A DNA stretch of 60,952 bases, taken from the NCBI GenBank assembly GCA_964540135.1, contig CAZILK010000004.1:1-60952 (forward strand), read 5' to 3'. Positions 50,735 to 60,051 of this stretch are shown here, in pieces. Position numbers and translations under genes: made by a program. A model generated the notes under the pieces. It was not told where the DNA came from. It saw only the letters and a list, made by a program, of their open reading frames with translations, and searched no databases. This DNA comes from an uncultured Candidatus Saccharibacteria bacterium (lineage in GTDB: Bacteria > Patescibacteriota > WWE3 > UBA101185 > UBA10185). The stretch's first letter is position 1. Each line of letters opens with the position of its first letter.

Positions 50735-51823
50735 ATGACAATAACTAAAATTGACGAACTAAAAAAGAATAAAAATTTAGCCCTTACTTCTGCTCTTGAT
50801 CAAATTGAGAAAGCGTATGGTAAAGGATCGATAATGCGACTTGGCGATCGTGAAGTTGATAAGAATATTCAAATAATTCCAACAGGCTCAATTGCTCTTG
50901 ATATAGCTCTTGGTATTGGCGGAGTTCCTCGTGGGCGTATAGTTGAAATATATGGCCCTGAGTCATCAGGTAAAACTACCCTTGTTCAACATATTATTGC
51001 AGAGGCTCAAAAGCTTGGTGGGGTTGCAGCCTTAATTGATGCAGAACATGCTTTTGATCCATCATATGCTGAAAAAACTGGTGTAGATATTAAGGAACTT
51101 TTAGTCTCCCAACCGGATATGGGTGAGCAAGCTCTTGAGATTGCCGAAACTTTAATAAGATCTAATGCTGTTGATGTTATTGCAATTGACTCAGTTGCAG
51201 CACTTGTACCAAAAGCTGAAATTGAAGGGGATATTGGAGACTCCCATATTGCACTTCAAGCAAGACTTATGAGCCAAGCTCTTCGTAAAATTACCGGAGC
51301 AGTTAGTAAATCAAGAACAACAGTTATCTTTACAAACCAGATAAGATCGAAAATTGGTGTCATGTTTGGAAATCCTGAAACAACAACTGGTGGTAACGCA
51401 TTAAAGTTTTATGCATCTGTCAGGATGGATATTAGAAGAGTTCAGACCATTGGAACTCCGCAAGAACCAATGGGTATAAAAGTTAGAGTTAAAGTCGTTA
51501 AAAATAAAATGGCACCACCTTTTAAAGTTGCAGAGTTTGATATCATGTTTGCGGAGGGTATTAGCAAAGAAGGAAGCCTTGTTGATGTTGCAGCCAACTT
51601 TGGGATTGTTAAAAAGAGTGGAGCTTGGTATGAGTTTAACGGAGTAAAGATCGGCCAAGGCAGAGAAGCTGCAAAACAATTCTTAAAAGACGACAAAAAG
51701 CTTTTTGCTGAAATAGATAAAAAAGTTAGACTAGAGATCGCAACTAAAGGAACAGACATTCAAAAGGTTGGAACACAGTCTGACGACTTGGGAATTACCG
51801 AAGAAGTCTCTGTTGAAGAGTAG
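50735..51823 (+). CDS. recA: recombinase RecA
   Basis: [36 protein letters not shown]. Confidence 0.99.
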   Translation: MTITKIDELKKNKNLALTSALDQIEKAYGKGSIMRLGDREVDKNIQIIPTGSIALDIALGIGGVPRGRIVEIYGPESSGKTTLVQHIIAEAQKLGGVAALIDAEHAFDPSYAEKTGVDIKELLVSQPDMGEQALEIAETLIRSNAVDVIAIDSVAALVPKAEIEGDIGDSHIALQARLMSQALRKITGAVSKSRTTVIFTNQIRSKIGVMFGNPETTTGGNALKFYASVRMDIRRVQTIGTPQEPMGIKVRVKVVKNKMAPPFKVAEFDIMFAEGISKEGSLVDVAANFGIVKKSGAWYEFNGVKIGQGREAAKQFLKDDKKLFAEIDKKVRLEIATKGTDIQKVGTQSDDLGITEEVSVEE

Positions 51824-51838
51824 TCAAAGGCCTGCCTT

Positions 51839-52327
51839 ATGTTAAAAGACGAAGCTTATTTAAAACTAGTAACGCTTTGTATTAACTTTTTGACTGTATA
51901 CCCAAAAACACAGTCTCAGACTTTAAGAAAGATTCATGACTATTTAAAAGCTTCTGACTTTGGTGAGTTTTCAGAAGAAGACAAAGAGTCTATTGCAGAA
52001 AGTGTTCTTGAAAACCTAATCAAAATTGATATTGTAAACGATCAGACATATATAACTAGGTATATTTCTTCAAATAACGCCTCATCAAAACCAGATGGGT
52101 CTTATCTCCTTGTCAAAAAGCTTAGAGAAAAAGGTATATCACAAGACCTTTTAGATAAGAGTTTTGAGCAAATCCAAAGTTTTGATGCCATTAATGCCAA
52201 AAAGCTACTCCTGAAGAAATATAAAGAAGAAGGCGTAGACGGGCCTCAAAAACGGGTAAAAATAGCCTACTTGTCTTCCAGAGGCTTTAATACAGGCCTT
52301 TTGCTTTCTGGAGGCGGCAATGATTAG
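51839..52327 (+). CDS. recX: RecX-like regulator
   Basis: Directly after recA; helical repeats with ND..Y and KLREKGIS. Confidence 0.65.
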   Translation: MLKDEAYLKLVTLCINFLTVYPKTQSQTLRKIHDYLKASDFGEFSEEDKESIAESVLENLIKIDIVNDQTYITRYISSNNASSKPDGSYLLVKKLREKGISQDLLDKSFEQIQSFDAINAKKLLLKKYKEEGVDGPQKRVKIAYLSSRGFNTGLLLSGGGND

Positions 52328-52352
52328 GTATTTGCAGGTAAAAAAGCCATCA

Positions 52353-52381
52353 TTGACACAAAAGCATAAGTAAAATAGAAT
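52353..52381 (+). promoter_or_regulatory. sigma70-type promoter upstream of the rny leader
   Basis: TTGACA-N17-TAGAAT. Confidence 0.8.
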
Positions 52382-52562
52382 TTCCCTGTTAGTTTGTTAT
52401 TTATGAAGTTTTTTAACTTAAAACAACCTAAATCACGCATCTTCGCTGAAAGCTTTAATGGCGGTCTTTCCGCTATCTTAAACCTATTCTCATTAAACAT
52501 GATTCTTCCTGTGATATTGATAAAGCGCACACTGCGAGATTTGGGTTCTAAATGGAGGACAT

Positions 52563-54113
52563 ATGGATTCTGGTACATTAATAGTAGTTTTAGTCGCTGT
52601 TCTAATAACAGCTGGTTTAGCTTATCTTTTATCTACCCGTAAAAAGTCGGTAATTTCTGTTCCCGAACAAGCGTCTTTTCAGGCGCCAGTAGCTGTTTCT
52701 GCAAACGATCCTGCAATACTTGAAGCAAAAGCAAAAGCCCAAGAGCTTGTACTTGATGCAAAACGCCAAGCAATAAGCATAGAATCAGAAGCTGAAGAAA
52801 AAGCACGAAGGATTCGCGAACGAACTACAGAGCTTGAAAAAGATGTTGCTATAAAAAGAGCTGAAGTAGAGTCTCGGGAGCGAGATCTTGCTCAAAAAGC
52901 CAAGAGCGTAAAAGAGATCAAAGAGAGACTTGAGAAACAAAAAGAAGAACTCGAAGATTTAATTAGAAGTCATCAATCCAGTCTTGAAAGAGTAGCTCAA
53001 CTAACAAAAGATGAAGCTAAGAAGCTCTTACTTGAGTCTTTTGATAAAGAACTTGCTGCCGAAAAAGGCAAGAGAGTACGACAGCTTGAAGAAGACGTTA
53101 AAAAAGAAGCTGATGAAAAATCCCGAGAAATTTTAATTGACGCTATGCGTTTTGGGTCAACTGATTATGTTGTTGAATATACGACCTCAAGAGTAAAGCT
53201 TGGCGAAGAAGATATGAAGGGTAGGATCATTGGTAAAGAAGGTCGTAACATCAAGCTTTTTGAAGAGCTTACAGGTGTTGAACTTGATCTTGATGCTTCT
53301 CCAGGAGAAGTTGTTGTTTCATGTTTTGATCCAGTAAGAAGAGAGATTGCAAAAATAGCTCTTGAAAGACTTCTTAAAGACGGTCGTATCCAACCATCCC
53401 GAATTGAAGAAATTGTTGAGAAAACAAATCATGAAATAGATCAGATCATTTACAAAGAGGGCGATAATCTTTGTCACAAAGTTGGTATTTATGATTTACC
53501 AAAAGACATAGTTGCGATGCTTGGTCGGTTCAAGTACAGATTCTCGTACGGTCAGAATATGATCGAGCATACACTCGAGGAAACTCGCATCGGTGTTGCT
53601 ATAGCTCACGAGCTTGGTGTTAACATTGATATCGTTAAACTTGGCTGTTTACTTCATGATATTGGAAAAGTTGTTAATGATGAAGAAGGTACACACGTCC
53701 AACTTGGTGCCGAACTTCTTAAGAAATATAAAATAGATGAGCGGGTTGTAAACTGTGTTGCAGAACACCATGAAGACAGACCTTTTAGCTCAATTGAATC
53801 AAGTGTAGTTCATTTGGCAGACCACATTAGCGGTGCAAGACCTGGTGCTAGGTCTGAGGATTACGATTCATACGCCAAACGCATGAAAGCTCTTGAAGAG
53901 GCTGCTACGTCTTTTGAGGGTATAGATAAAGCTTATGCAGTGTCTGCAGGCAGGGAGGTTCGAGTGTATGTTGTACCTGATCGTGTAGATGATGATTCAA
54001 CAGCTTACCTTGCTCGTGAAATTGCAAGAAAAATAGAGCTTGAACAAACATACCCAGGTGTAGTAAAAGTAACTGTAATAAGAGAAACAAGAGTTTCGGA
54101 AACAGCTAAGTAA
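52563..54113 (+). CDS. rny: ribonuclease Y
   Basis: N-terminal TM, coiled coil, KH (GRIIGKEGRNI), HD (LLHDIGK), SGARPGAR. Confidence 0.98.
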   Translation: MDSGTLIVVLVAVLITAGLAYLLSTRKKSVISVPEQASFQAPVAVSANDPAILEAKAKAQELVLDAKRQAISIESEAEEKARRIRERTTELEKDVAIKRAEVESRERDLAQKAKSVKEIKERLEKQKEELEDLIRSHQSSLERVAQLTKDEAKKLLLESFDKELAAEKGKRVRQLEEDVKKEADEKSREILIDAMRFGSTDYVVEYTTSRVKLGEEDMKGRIIGKEGRNIKLFEELTGVELDLDASPGEVVVSCFDPVRREIAKIALERLLKDGRIQPSRIEEIVEKTNHEIDQIIYKEGDNLCHKVGIYDLPKDIVAMLGRFKYRFSYGQNMIEHTLEETRIGVAIAHELGVNIDIVKLGCLLHDIGKVVNDEEGTHVQLGAELLKKYKIDERVVNCVAEHHEDRPFSSIESSVVHLADHISGARPGARSEDYDSYAKRMKALEEAATSFEGIDKAYAVSAGREVRVYVVPDRVDDDSTAYLAREIARKIELEQTYPGVVKVTVIRETRVSETAK

Positions 54114-54150
54114 TCTTGTTATAAGATTATCAAAACTGTTGAGCACTTAA

Positions 54151-54921
54151 ATGAAGATATTATTTATTGGCGACATTGTAGGAAAACCAGGAAGAGAGGC
54201 TGTTAAAAAGTCTTTAGCCTCTGTAAATAAGTCTGATTTCGATTTTATAATCGCGAATTGCGAAAACCTCGCCCATGGACGCGGGATTACACTTGAGACT
54301 CTCAGAGAAATGCAAGAATGTGGAATTGATTTTTTCACAGGTGGTGACCATCTTTTTTGGAATGAAGAATATGCAATGAATGCTGATAACCTTCCAGTTG
54401 TTAGGCCCTGTAATTATCCTGAGTTAGTTTGGGGCAAAACTCATGAAATTCTCACTTCAAAATCTGGTAAACGACTTCTTGTAATAAACGCTCTTGGGAG
54501 AACGTTTCTTAATGAGCGGGTAAACGACCCATTTGCGGCTGTTGAAACTATTCTTAATGCTAACTACGGCAATTATGATTACTCTCTTGTTGATTTCCAT
54601 GCCGAAGCATCTAGTGAAAAAATGGCTTTTACTTTCTATTTTGATGGTAAGATTTCAGCGGTTGTTGGTACACATACTCATATTCCAACATGCGATGGTA
54701 GAGTGATGCCTGAAGGAACTATTTTTATTAGTGATGTTGGTATGAATGGCAATATTGATTCAGTTCTTGGTGTTAAGAAAGAAATTATAATAAAACTTTA
54801 CACAACTGGACTTAATCAGCGATTTGAATGGGAAAACACTGGCAAAAAAGCTTTTAGAAGTGTAATAATAAACCTTGAAAACAAATCTATAACAAGATTT
54901 GATAAAGAATTTGAAAGTTAA
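54151..54921 (+). CDS. ymdB: YmdB-like metallophosphoesterase
   Basis: GDIVG.PG, DFHAEA.SEK, GTHTH, DVGM.G; follows rny. Confidence 0.92.
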   Translation: MKILFIGDIVGKPGREAVKKSLASVNKSDFDFIIANCENLAHGRGITLETLREMQECGIDFFTGGDHLFWNEEYAMNADNLPVVRPCNYPELVWGKTHEILTSKSGKRLLVINALGRTFLNERVNDPFAAVETILNANYGNYDYSLVDFHAEASSEKMAFTFYFDGKISAVVGTHTHIPTCDGRVMPEGTIFISDVGMNGNIDSVLGVKKEIIIKLYTTGLNQRFEWENTGKKAFRSVIINLENKSITRFDKEFES

Positions 54922-54970
54922 ATTTATTTTAAATGCCTGAACAGGCTTTTGAAGGGAGGTGTCATAACAA

Positions 54971-55243
54971 TTGACAAAAACAGATTTAATATCACAAGTT
55001 GCTGAACAAGCTGGACTTACCAAAGTAGACGCTGGTCGAGCACTCGATACCTTAGTTGATGTTATAACAACAGCACTTAAGAAAGGTGACAAAGTCACCT
55101 GGACCGGATTTGGTACATACGAGGTAAGAAAAAGAGCAGCCAGAATGGGAAGAAATCCCCAGACCAATGCTCCAATGCACATCCCTGCCAGTAAAACCCC
55201 TGCATTCAAAGCAGGAAAAACACTAAAGGATTCAGTTAGATAA
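54971..55243 (+). CDS. hup: DNA-binding protein HU
   Basis: TG+FGT+EV.KRAAR.GRNPQT; TTG start after GGGAGG. Confidence 0.96.
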   Translation: MTKTDLISQVAEQAGLTKVDAGRALDTLVDVITTALKKGDKVTWTGFGTYEVRKRAARMGRNPQTNAPMHIPASKTPAFKAGKTLKDSVR

Positions 55244-55260
55244 TTTTAATTGGAACTTTA

Positions 55261-55289
55261 AAAAAGACCCGTGTAAAAAGCGGGTCTTT
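55261..55289. terminator. bidirectional intrinsic terminator
   Basis: AAAAGACCCG-N9-CGGGTCTTTT perfect 10-bp stem between convergent hup and kinase genes. Confidence 0.9.
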
Positions 55290-55293
55290 TGTG

Positions 55294-56529
55294 TTATTTG
55301 GAGTAATTTGGCTCGCGCTGAATTTTAACAAGAAGCTCTGGATCGCTCTCGTTGTGGATTTGTGATGAGGTGAGCTCTTTTGTTGGGAGTGTAAACCAAA
55401 AAGTTGTTCCTTGATTCTCGCCTTTTGATGACACACCTACCTGTCCTCCCATATGTTCAATGTAGAGTTTAACAATATATAACCCAAGGCCTGTTCCACC
55501 GGATTCAGCAACGGTTTGATACGAGTAGTTTAGCCTGCCAAACTTATGAAACAATCTCTTCATATCCTCAGGAGCAATGCCTTTACCGGTATCTTCAATT
55601 GAAACTTTAACAAAATCATCCGGTATTGATTCAGCAGTTACAGTAATACCGCCTTGAGGGGTGAATTTAATTGAGTTGCCGATGAGGTTAATCATTATTT
55701 CATTAAGCCTCATCTTGTCTGCATAAACTTCAGGAATATCTGCCGGGACGTCCCATTTACAAAAAAGATTCTTCTCCTTACACCTGACATCAAAGTCTCC
55801 TAGAGTGTCTTGTATGGCCTCAAGAAGGCCTGTTTTCTCTATCTTTATCTCCATTCTACCCTGCTCAATTCGCGAGATACTAAGCATGTCGTTAATTAGG
55901 GCAAGCATTCTTTCGGTACCTTGAGCAGCCTTTTGAACATACTCCATTTGTTTTGGAGTTAGGTTACCGCCTTTACTGGCTCCAAGCATCCAAAGATAGC
56001 TTTTTATAATGGTCATTGGAGTTCTAAGTTCGTGGGAGGTTATAGATATGAAGTCATCTTTGGCTTTTTCAAGCTGCTTTTCTTTTGTGACATCGACCAT
56101 GGTAACAAGACATTCTTGTTTGCCTTGAGTTGGGTTAATAATTGAGGAGTGGACATTAACAATATAGTCGCTGGTCGCGCCTTTCAGTATCAAGCCGTCC
56201 ATTTTTTTCCTATCGTTAGTTTGAACAAAGCAAAACTCCTTTAAATCAACCGGGGCTCCTTTATCATTTGTTAATGCGATAACTTGTGGGGCAGGGAGGT
56301 TTAAAACCTCATCCAGTTTTTTATTTAGTATCTTTTCAAGAGTGTTATTGAAGAGTGTTATGTTAAACTCTTCGTCAACAGCAAACACTGCTTCAGAAAG
56401 TCCGTAGAGAAGCTGCTCAGCGCGTCTTCTGGCATCTAACAGCTCAAGGTTCTTCTTGTAAATTTCTTCAGCAAAAGATGCGTTATTTGTTACATTATTA
56501 ACAACTTTTTTTTCTGGGGTAGAGAGCAT
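55294..56529 (-). CDS. soluble PAS-HisKA-HATPase sensor kinase
   Basis: SHELRTPM, NLIGNSIKF, DTGKGI, GTGLGL; no TM helix. Confidence 0.93.
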   Translation of the reverse strand: MLSTPEKKVVNNVTNNASFAEEIYKKNLELLDARRRAEQLLYGLSEAVFAVDEEFNITLFNNTLEKILNKKLDEVLNLPAPQVIALTNDKGAPVDLKEFCFVQTNDRKKMDGLILKGATSDYIVNVHSSIINPTQGKQECLVTMVDVTKEKQLEKAKDDFISITSHELRTPMTIIKSYLWMLGASKGGNLTPKQMEYVQKAAQGTERMLALINDMLSISRIEQGRMEIKIEKTGLLEAIQDTLGDFDVRCKEKNLFCKWDVPADIPEVYADKMRLNEIMINLIGNSIKFTPQGGITVTAESIPDDFVKVSIEDTGKGIAPEDMKRLFHKFGRLNYSYQTVAESGGTGLGLYIVKLYIEHMGGQVGVSSKGENQGTTFWFTLPTKELTSSQIHNESDPELLVKIQREPNYSK

Positions 56530-56855
56530 TATTTAGCGCTTGTTAACTGCTTTTTTACACTGTCTGAGAGGTATGGTTCTATCTCTTGGTAAGGAAGCTT
56601 TTTTAAGACATCAAGACATACGTTAACTGAAGTTTGTCCAAATATCTCAGCGTAGGAAGCGATGAGCTTATCAATAGCAGCTTTTGGATCTCCGTTTATA
56701 GTTATATTTGAGATATTAATAGTTGGTGTTGGTGTTGAAGTAGCTGTATCGCTCTTAAGTTCCGACACTGTTACTGCCCTGGACCATGCTAGGTTCTTTC
56801 CGATAATTAAACTCTGCTCCTCAATGATTTTTTTAACAATATCGTTGTGTTGCAT
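56529..56855 (-). CDS. small soluble hypothetical protein, 108 aa, coupled to the kinase gene
   Basis: TAATG stop/start overlap with the kinase; predicted helical. Confidence 0.8.
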   Translation of the reverse strand: MQHNDIVKKIIEEQSLIIGKNLAWSRAVTVSELKSDTATSTPTPTINISNITINGDPKAAIDKLIASYAEIFGQTSVNVCLDVLKKLPYQEIEPYLSDSVKKQLTSAK

Positions 56856-56901
56856 TTTCAGTATCTATAGTTTTACAAAGTTTACTGGGGTTGGCAATAG
56901 T

Positions 56902-57723
56902 CTAGCCCAGTTTCTCATACGCTTTCCTAAATCTAAGTAAGGCGTAGCTTATTAAAAAATACGCTAGAAAAACTAAGTAATCATCAAAACCTGCTGGTCT
57001 CCAGTTTCCTAGATTATCACTTACCGCATATTCAATATCTGCAACATAAAAAATTAAGACACTAGATAGTAAAAGTAAGGTTGGTACTTTTAATAATCCG
57101 CCTAGATATTTAGAAGAGGCTACAAACGAAGTTGATATAATATAGAACATACAGATATTACCAATGAAAGTTATAGAATCTATACCAAGTATTACCCAGC
57201 CTTGTAGGGTTGTCAGCTCGATACTAGCTTTGTCAAAAACAAAAATTGCGTAAACTGTGAGATAAACTAACACCAGTACTCCTGATAAAATGAGCCCTGA
57301 CCTTCTTAGCCTTCCCATATCAATACTTTGAGACGCGAAAATTCCTTGGATCTTAATTAGACCGAATAAGAACAAGAGATTTCCCGTAACATAGAATACA
57401 TCACCTATAGAAGGATATGCATTTTCTATTCCCAGAACATAGTAGTAGAAGCTGTACGAGACTTGAAAAAAGAATTGGAATAGGAGTCCGGTTGAAATGA
57501 ATAGTAACCCTGCGCCCACTTTACTTTGCCTTCCGCCCCAGAGTTTAGAGACAAAGATACCTGTTATCCCACCTACCAGAGCAACTAGACAATAGGTGCT
57601 GGTAAAAATGAATCTTAAGGATTCGTCAGAAGTGAAAGTGTTTAAAAAGACCCACATACCTGTAAAAAAGAAAAATAAAATCCAAAGTAAGATATTTAAT
57701 GAATATACATTTTTACTTTTCAT
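56902..57723 (-). CDS. stand-alone multi-pass membrane protein (about 7-8 TM), putative sensor
   Basis: WGG..S..G, YPSIGD.FY, W.PAG..D motifs; no output domain. Confidence 0.8.
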   Translation of the reverse strand: MKSKNVYSLNILLWILFFFFTGMWVFLNTFTSDESLRFIFTSTYCLVALVGGITGIFVSKLWGGRQSKVGAGLLFISTGLLFQFFFQVSYSFYYYVLGIENAYPSIGDVFYVTGNLLFLFGLIKIQGIFASQSIDMGRLRRSGLILSGVLVLVYLTVYAIFVFDKASIELTTLQGWVILGIDSITFIGNICMFYIISTSFVASSKYLGGLLKVPTLLLLSSVLIFYVADIEYAVSDNLGNWRPAGFDDYLVFLAYFLISYALLRFRKAYEKLG

Positions 57724-57758
57724 AGGTATGATATTATGGTACATAATATTTAGATCTT

Positions 57759-58994
57759 ATGTCAATAAAAAGCTTGCGACAACTTTATAAACCAGACTCA
57801 TTTAGGATCAGCGGTGTGTTTTACTTACTTACATTTTTTACCAACCTGTTCTTTTATGAGGGTATTTGGGTTTTCTACTGGACTAAATATATGTCCTACT
57901 CTATTCTCGGCTATGTTGGAGCAGTAGCTTTTATCTTTGGTCTACTTCTTGAAATACCGTCAGGGGTATTAGCGGATAGATTCGGTAGAAAAAGGACCGT
58001 TATTTTATCGCTATTTTTTCTTTTACTGAGTGGAACGTTAATTTCATTTGCGACTAATGCTTACCACCTGGTTATTGGCGTCTTTTTACTACAAGCTGGT
58101 TTTGCATTTCTGTCCGGATCCCTAGAGGCGTTAACATACGACAATCTGAAAGAAATTGGCAAAGAGGAAGAATTCGAAAAAGTTATAAGTAGGTCAGTTA
58201 GTGTGAGCATTCTAGCTGTATCGGTATCTATTCTGATAGGAGGGTATGTGTTCAAGTTTAACGATAGGCTTCCGTATTTGCTTTGGACTTTCTCTTCTGT
58301 TGCAGCTTTTATTGCAGGCATGTTTTTAAAAGATACCAAATCCTATATTATTACTGAGGACACAGATGGGTGGTTCACGCAGTTAGTAGCCGGTGCTTCT
58401 GCTCTGTTGACCAAGAGCAATATTTTTGTTGCTTTGAGTGTTTTTGCAAGCTTTGGAGTTTTTTACTTTTTTGATTGGGGTTTCTATAAGTCTGCTATTC
58501 TAATACATAACAATGTTTCAGCATTTAACCAGTCAGTTTCTTTTTCCTTAGGTAATTTTATAGCCGCGTTGTTTACAGCGTTGATGCTGCCGATTTTAAT
58601 TAGCCGATTTAATAAGCAAGCTGTTTTAATTTCTTTCATGTTAGCTATGAGTTGCTGTTTCTTCGTTTTAGGTATTCAGACACACAATTTTGCAATCATA
58701 CCTGTGCTGTTCATTATACTAATTGGAAACGCTTTCTATGCGCTTGCCTCAATTATTATTAACAACAATATCGAATCAGAACTAAGAGCTACTACGCTAT
58801 CGACTTTGACATTTACAGCAAAAGTGCTATTTATTATACTTTCAGCGTTCTCCGGTTTATTAATAGAAAACAATAAGATAGAGGCGTTATCCTACTTATT
58901 AGCATTGATTGTGTTATTGCCGATACCAGTCCTAATACTTTTCACGATTAGAACTAGAGGCATGAACAGGCGGGCTAGGAAGTCCGTTTCGTAA
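57759..58994 (+). CDS. MFS transporter
   Basis: Motif A GVLADRFGRKR, about 12 TM, ELRATTLS. Confidence 0.9.
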   Translation: MSIKSLRQLYKPDSFRISGVFYLLTFFTNLFFYEGIWVFYWTKYMSYSILGYVGAVAFIFGLLLEIPSGVLADRFGRKRTVILSLFFLLLSGTLISFATNAYHLVIGVFLLQAGFAFLSGSLEALTYDNLKEIGKEEEFEKVISRSVSVSILAVSVSILIGGYVFKFNDRLPYLLWTFSSVAAFIAGMFLKDTKSYIITEDTDGWFTQLVAGASALLTKSNIFVALSVFASFGVFYFFDWGFYKSAILIHNNVSAFNQSVSFSLGNFIAALFTALMLPILISRFNKQAVLISFMLAMSCCFFVLGIQTHNFAIIPVLFIILIGNAFYALASIIINNNIESELRATTLSTLTFTAKVLFIILSAFSGLLIENNKIEALSYLLALIVLLPIPVLILFTIRTRGMNRRARKSVS

Positions 58995-59883
58995 TCTTGT
59001 ATTTTTTATAAACCTCATCAAATAATTTCGATTTGGTTAATCTTAGATTTTCAATCCCTAAATCGTATCCAATGTTTATCTTACGGATGCCTTCTTGGTG
59101 TAAATCATTCATCACGTTGTAAACTAAAGCCTCAAAGGCACCTTTAATTGCATTGTCAGCTATTAAGAAGTGCCCAAAAGCGAATTTCTTCTCGACCTTT
59201 TCATTCAATGAGAAACCAACAAGTTTATTATCTACTCTCATTGCAAGACCCTTAACGTTTTTAAACACCTCGTTCTTTGAGCGCAGTGTTTCTATGCAGT
59301 TAATAGAAGACCGTGCTTGAAATGATTTTATATTGTTATTGCGCTTGGCCCAGGAATAGAACAATTCTTCAATTTCTTGAAATATTCCTTTATCAGACAT
59401 GGCAAACTTTTCAACGGTGACGCCTTCGTTATATGTGTAAAACTTTCTTAGTAATCTTCTTGTATCTTCGAAGTTTTTGCCTTTAAGACTTAGGTATTTT
59501 CCAATCCCGACTACATAATCAATCTTATTTGTTTCTGTCGCTACCAGAAATCCCGAATTTCTAATTTTTTTAATTCGGCCTCTCAGAGTGTCTGCTTGAA
59601 TATTTGTGATTTCACCAAAATCTGTCACCAGGGTTTCTATAGTTTCTAAAACTTTTGTTTTTCCAAGAAAAGTTATGGTGTAACCATCAGTTAAAAAATT
59701 ATCCATCTCCAAAACTAAGTTATTGTTTAAACTGGAGATCAGGGTTGGGTTGCGTAAGGTGTTCCACGCATAGGCTTCTACGAAACTACATTCAACATAT
59801 GGCTTGAGTACTTTCGTAAAGTCCTCAAAAGCCTCTTTGTCTTTAATATTCAATTTTCGAAAGTTTGGGTATTCTGGAAACAC
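58975..59883 (-). CDS. DUF2156 / MprF C-terminal-like aminoacyltransferase-domain protein, stand-alone
   Basis: YLSLKGK....RR...KF, GFSLNE, INIGYDLGIENLR..K; GTG start 59883 after TTGACT-N18-TACAAT-N6. Confidence 0.7.
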   Translation of the reverse strand: MFPEYPNFRKLNIKDKEAFEDFTKVLKPYVECSFVEAYAWNTLRNPTLISSLNNNLVLEMDNFLTDGYTITFLGKTKVLETIETLVTDFGEITNIQADTLRGRIKKIRNSGFLVATETNKIDYVVGIGKYLSLKGKNFEDTRRLLRKFYTYNEGVTVEKFAMSDKGIFQEIEELFYSWAKRNNNIKSFQARSSINCIETLRSKNEVFKNVKGLAMRVDNKLVGFSLNEKVEKKFAFGHFLIADNAIKGAFEALVYNVMNDLHQEGIRKINIGYDLGIENLRLTKSKLFDEVYKKYKITKRTS

Positions 59884-60051
59884 CCCCCAATTGTACATTA
59901 CTATAGGATATGGAGTCAAATAAACACAAGTCAATTATTAAGTAAATATCCTGCAATTACAATCGTTTGAGACTTTGTCAGAATTATTTTAACTTTGTTT
60001 AATACTGGAGAAAAGGTTGACTGCTTCGATGATTTTGTTATAAGTCATAGT

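Noticed and set aside
52324-52578. 84-aa minus-strand ORF between recX and rny
   Set aside because: It starts inside rny, has no recognisable features, and runs antisense over a consensus plus-strand promoter; the region is better explained as a leader or ncRNA
1715-57790. Many 60-160 aa antisense or off-frame ORFs (e.g. 24236..24664, 30605..31087, 32349..32783, 54760..55209)
   Set aside because: They lie fully within well-supported conserved genes, have no motifs, and are expected shadows of codon bias
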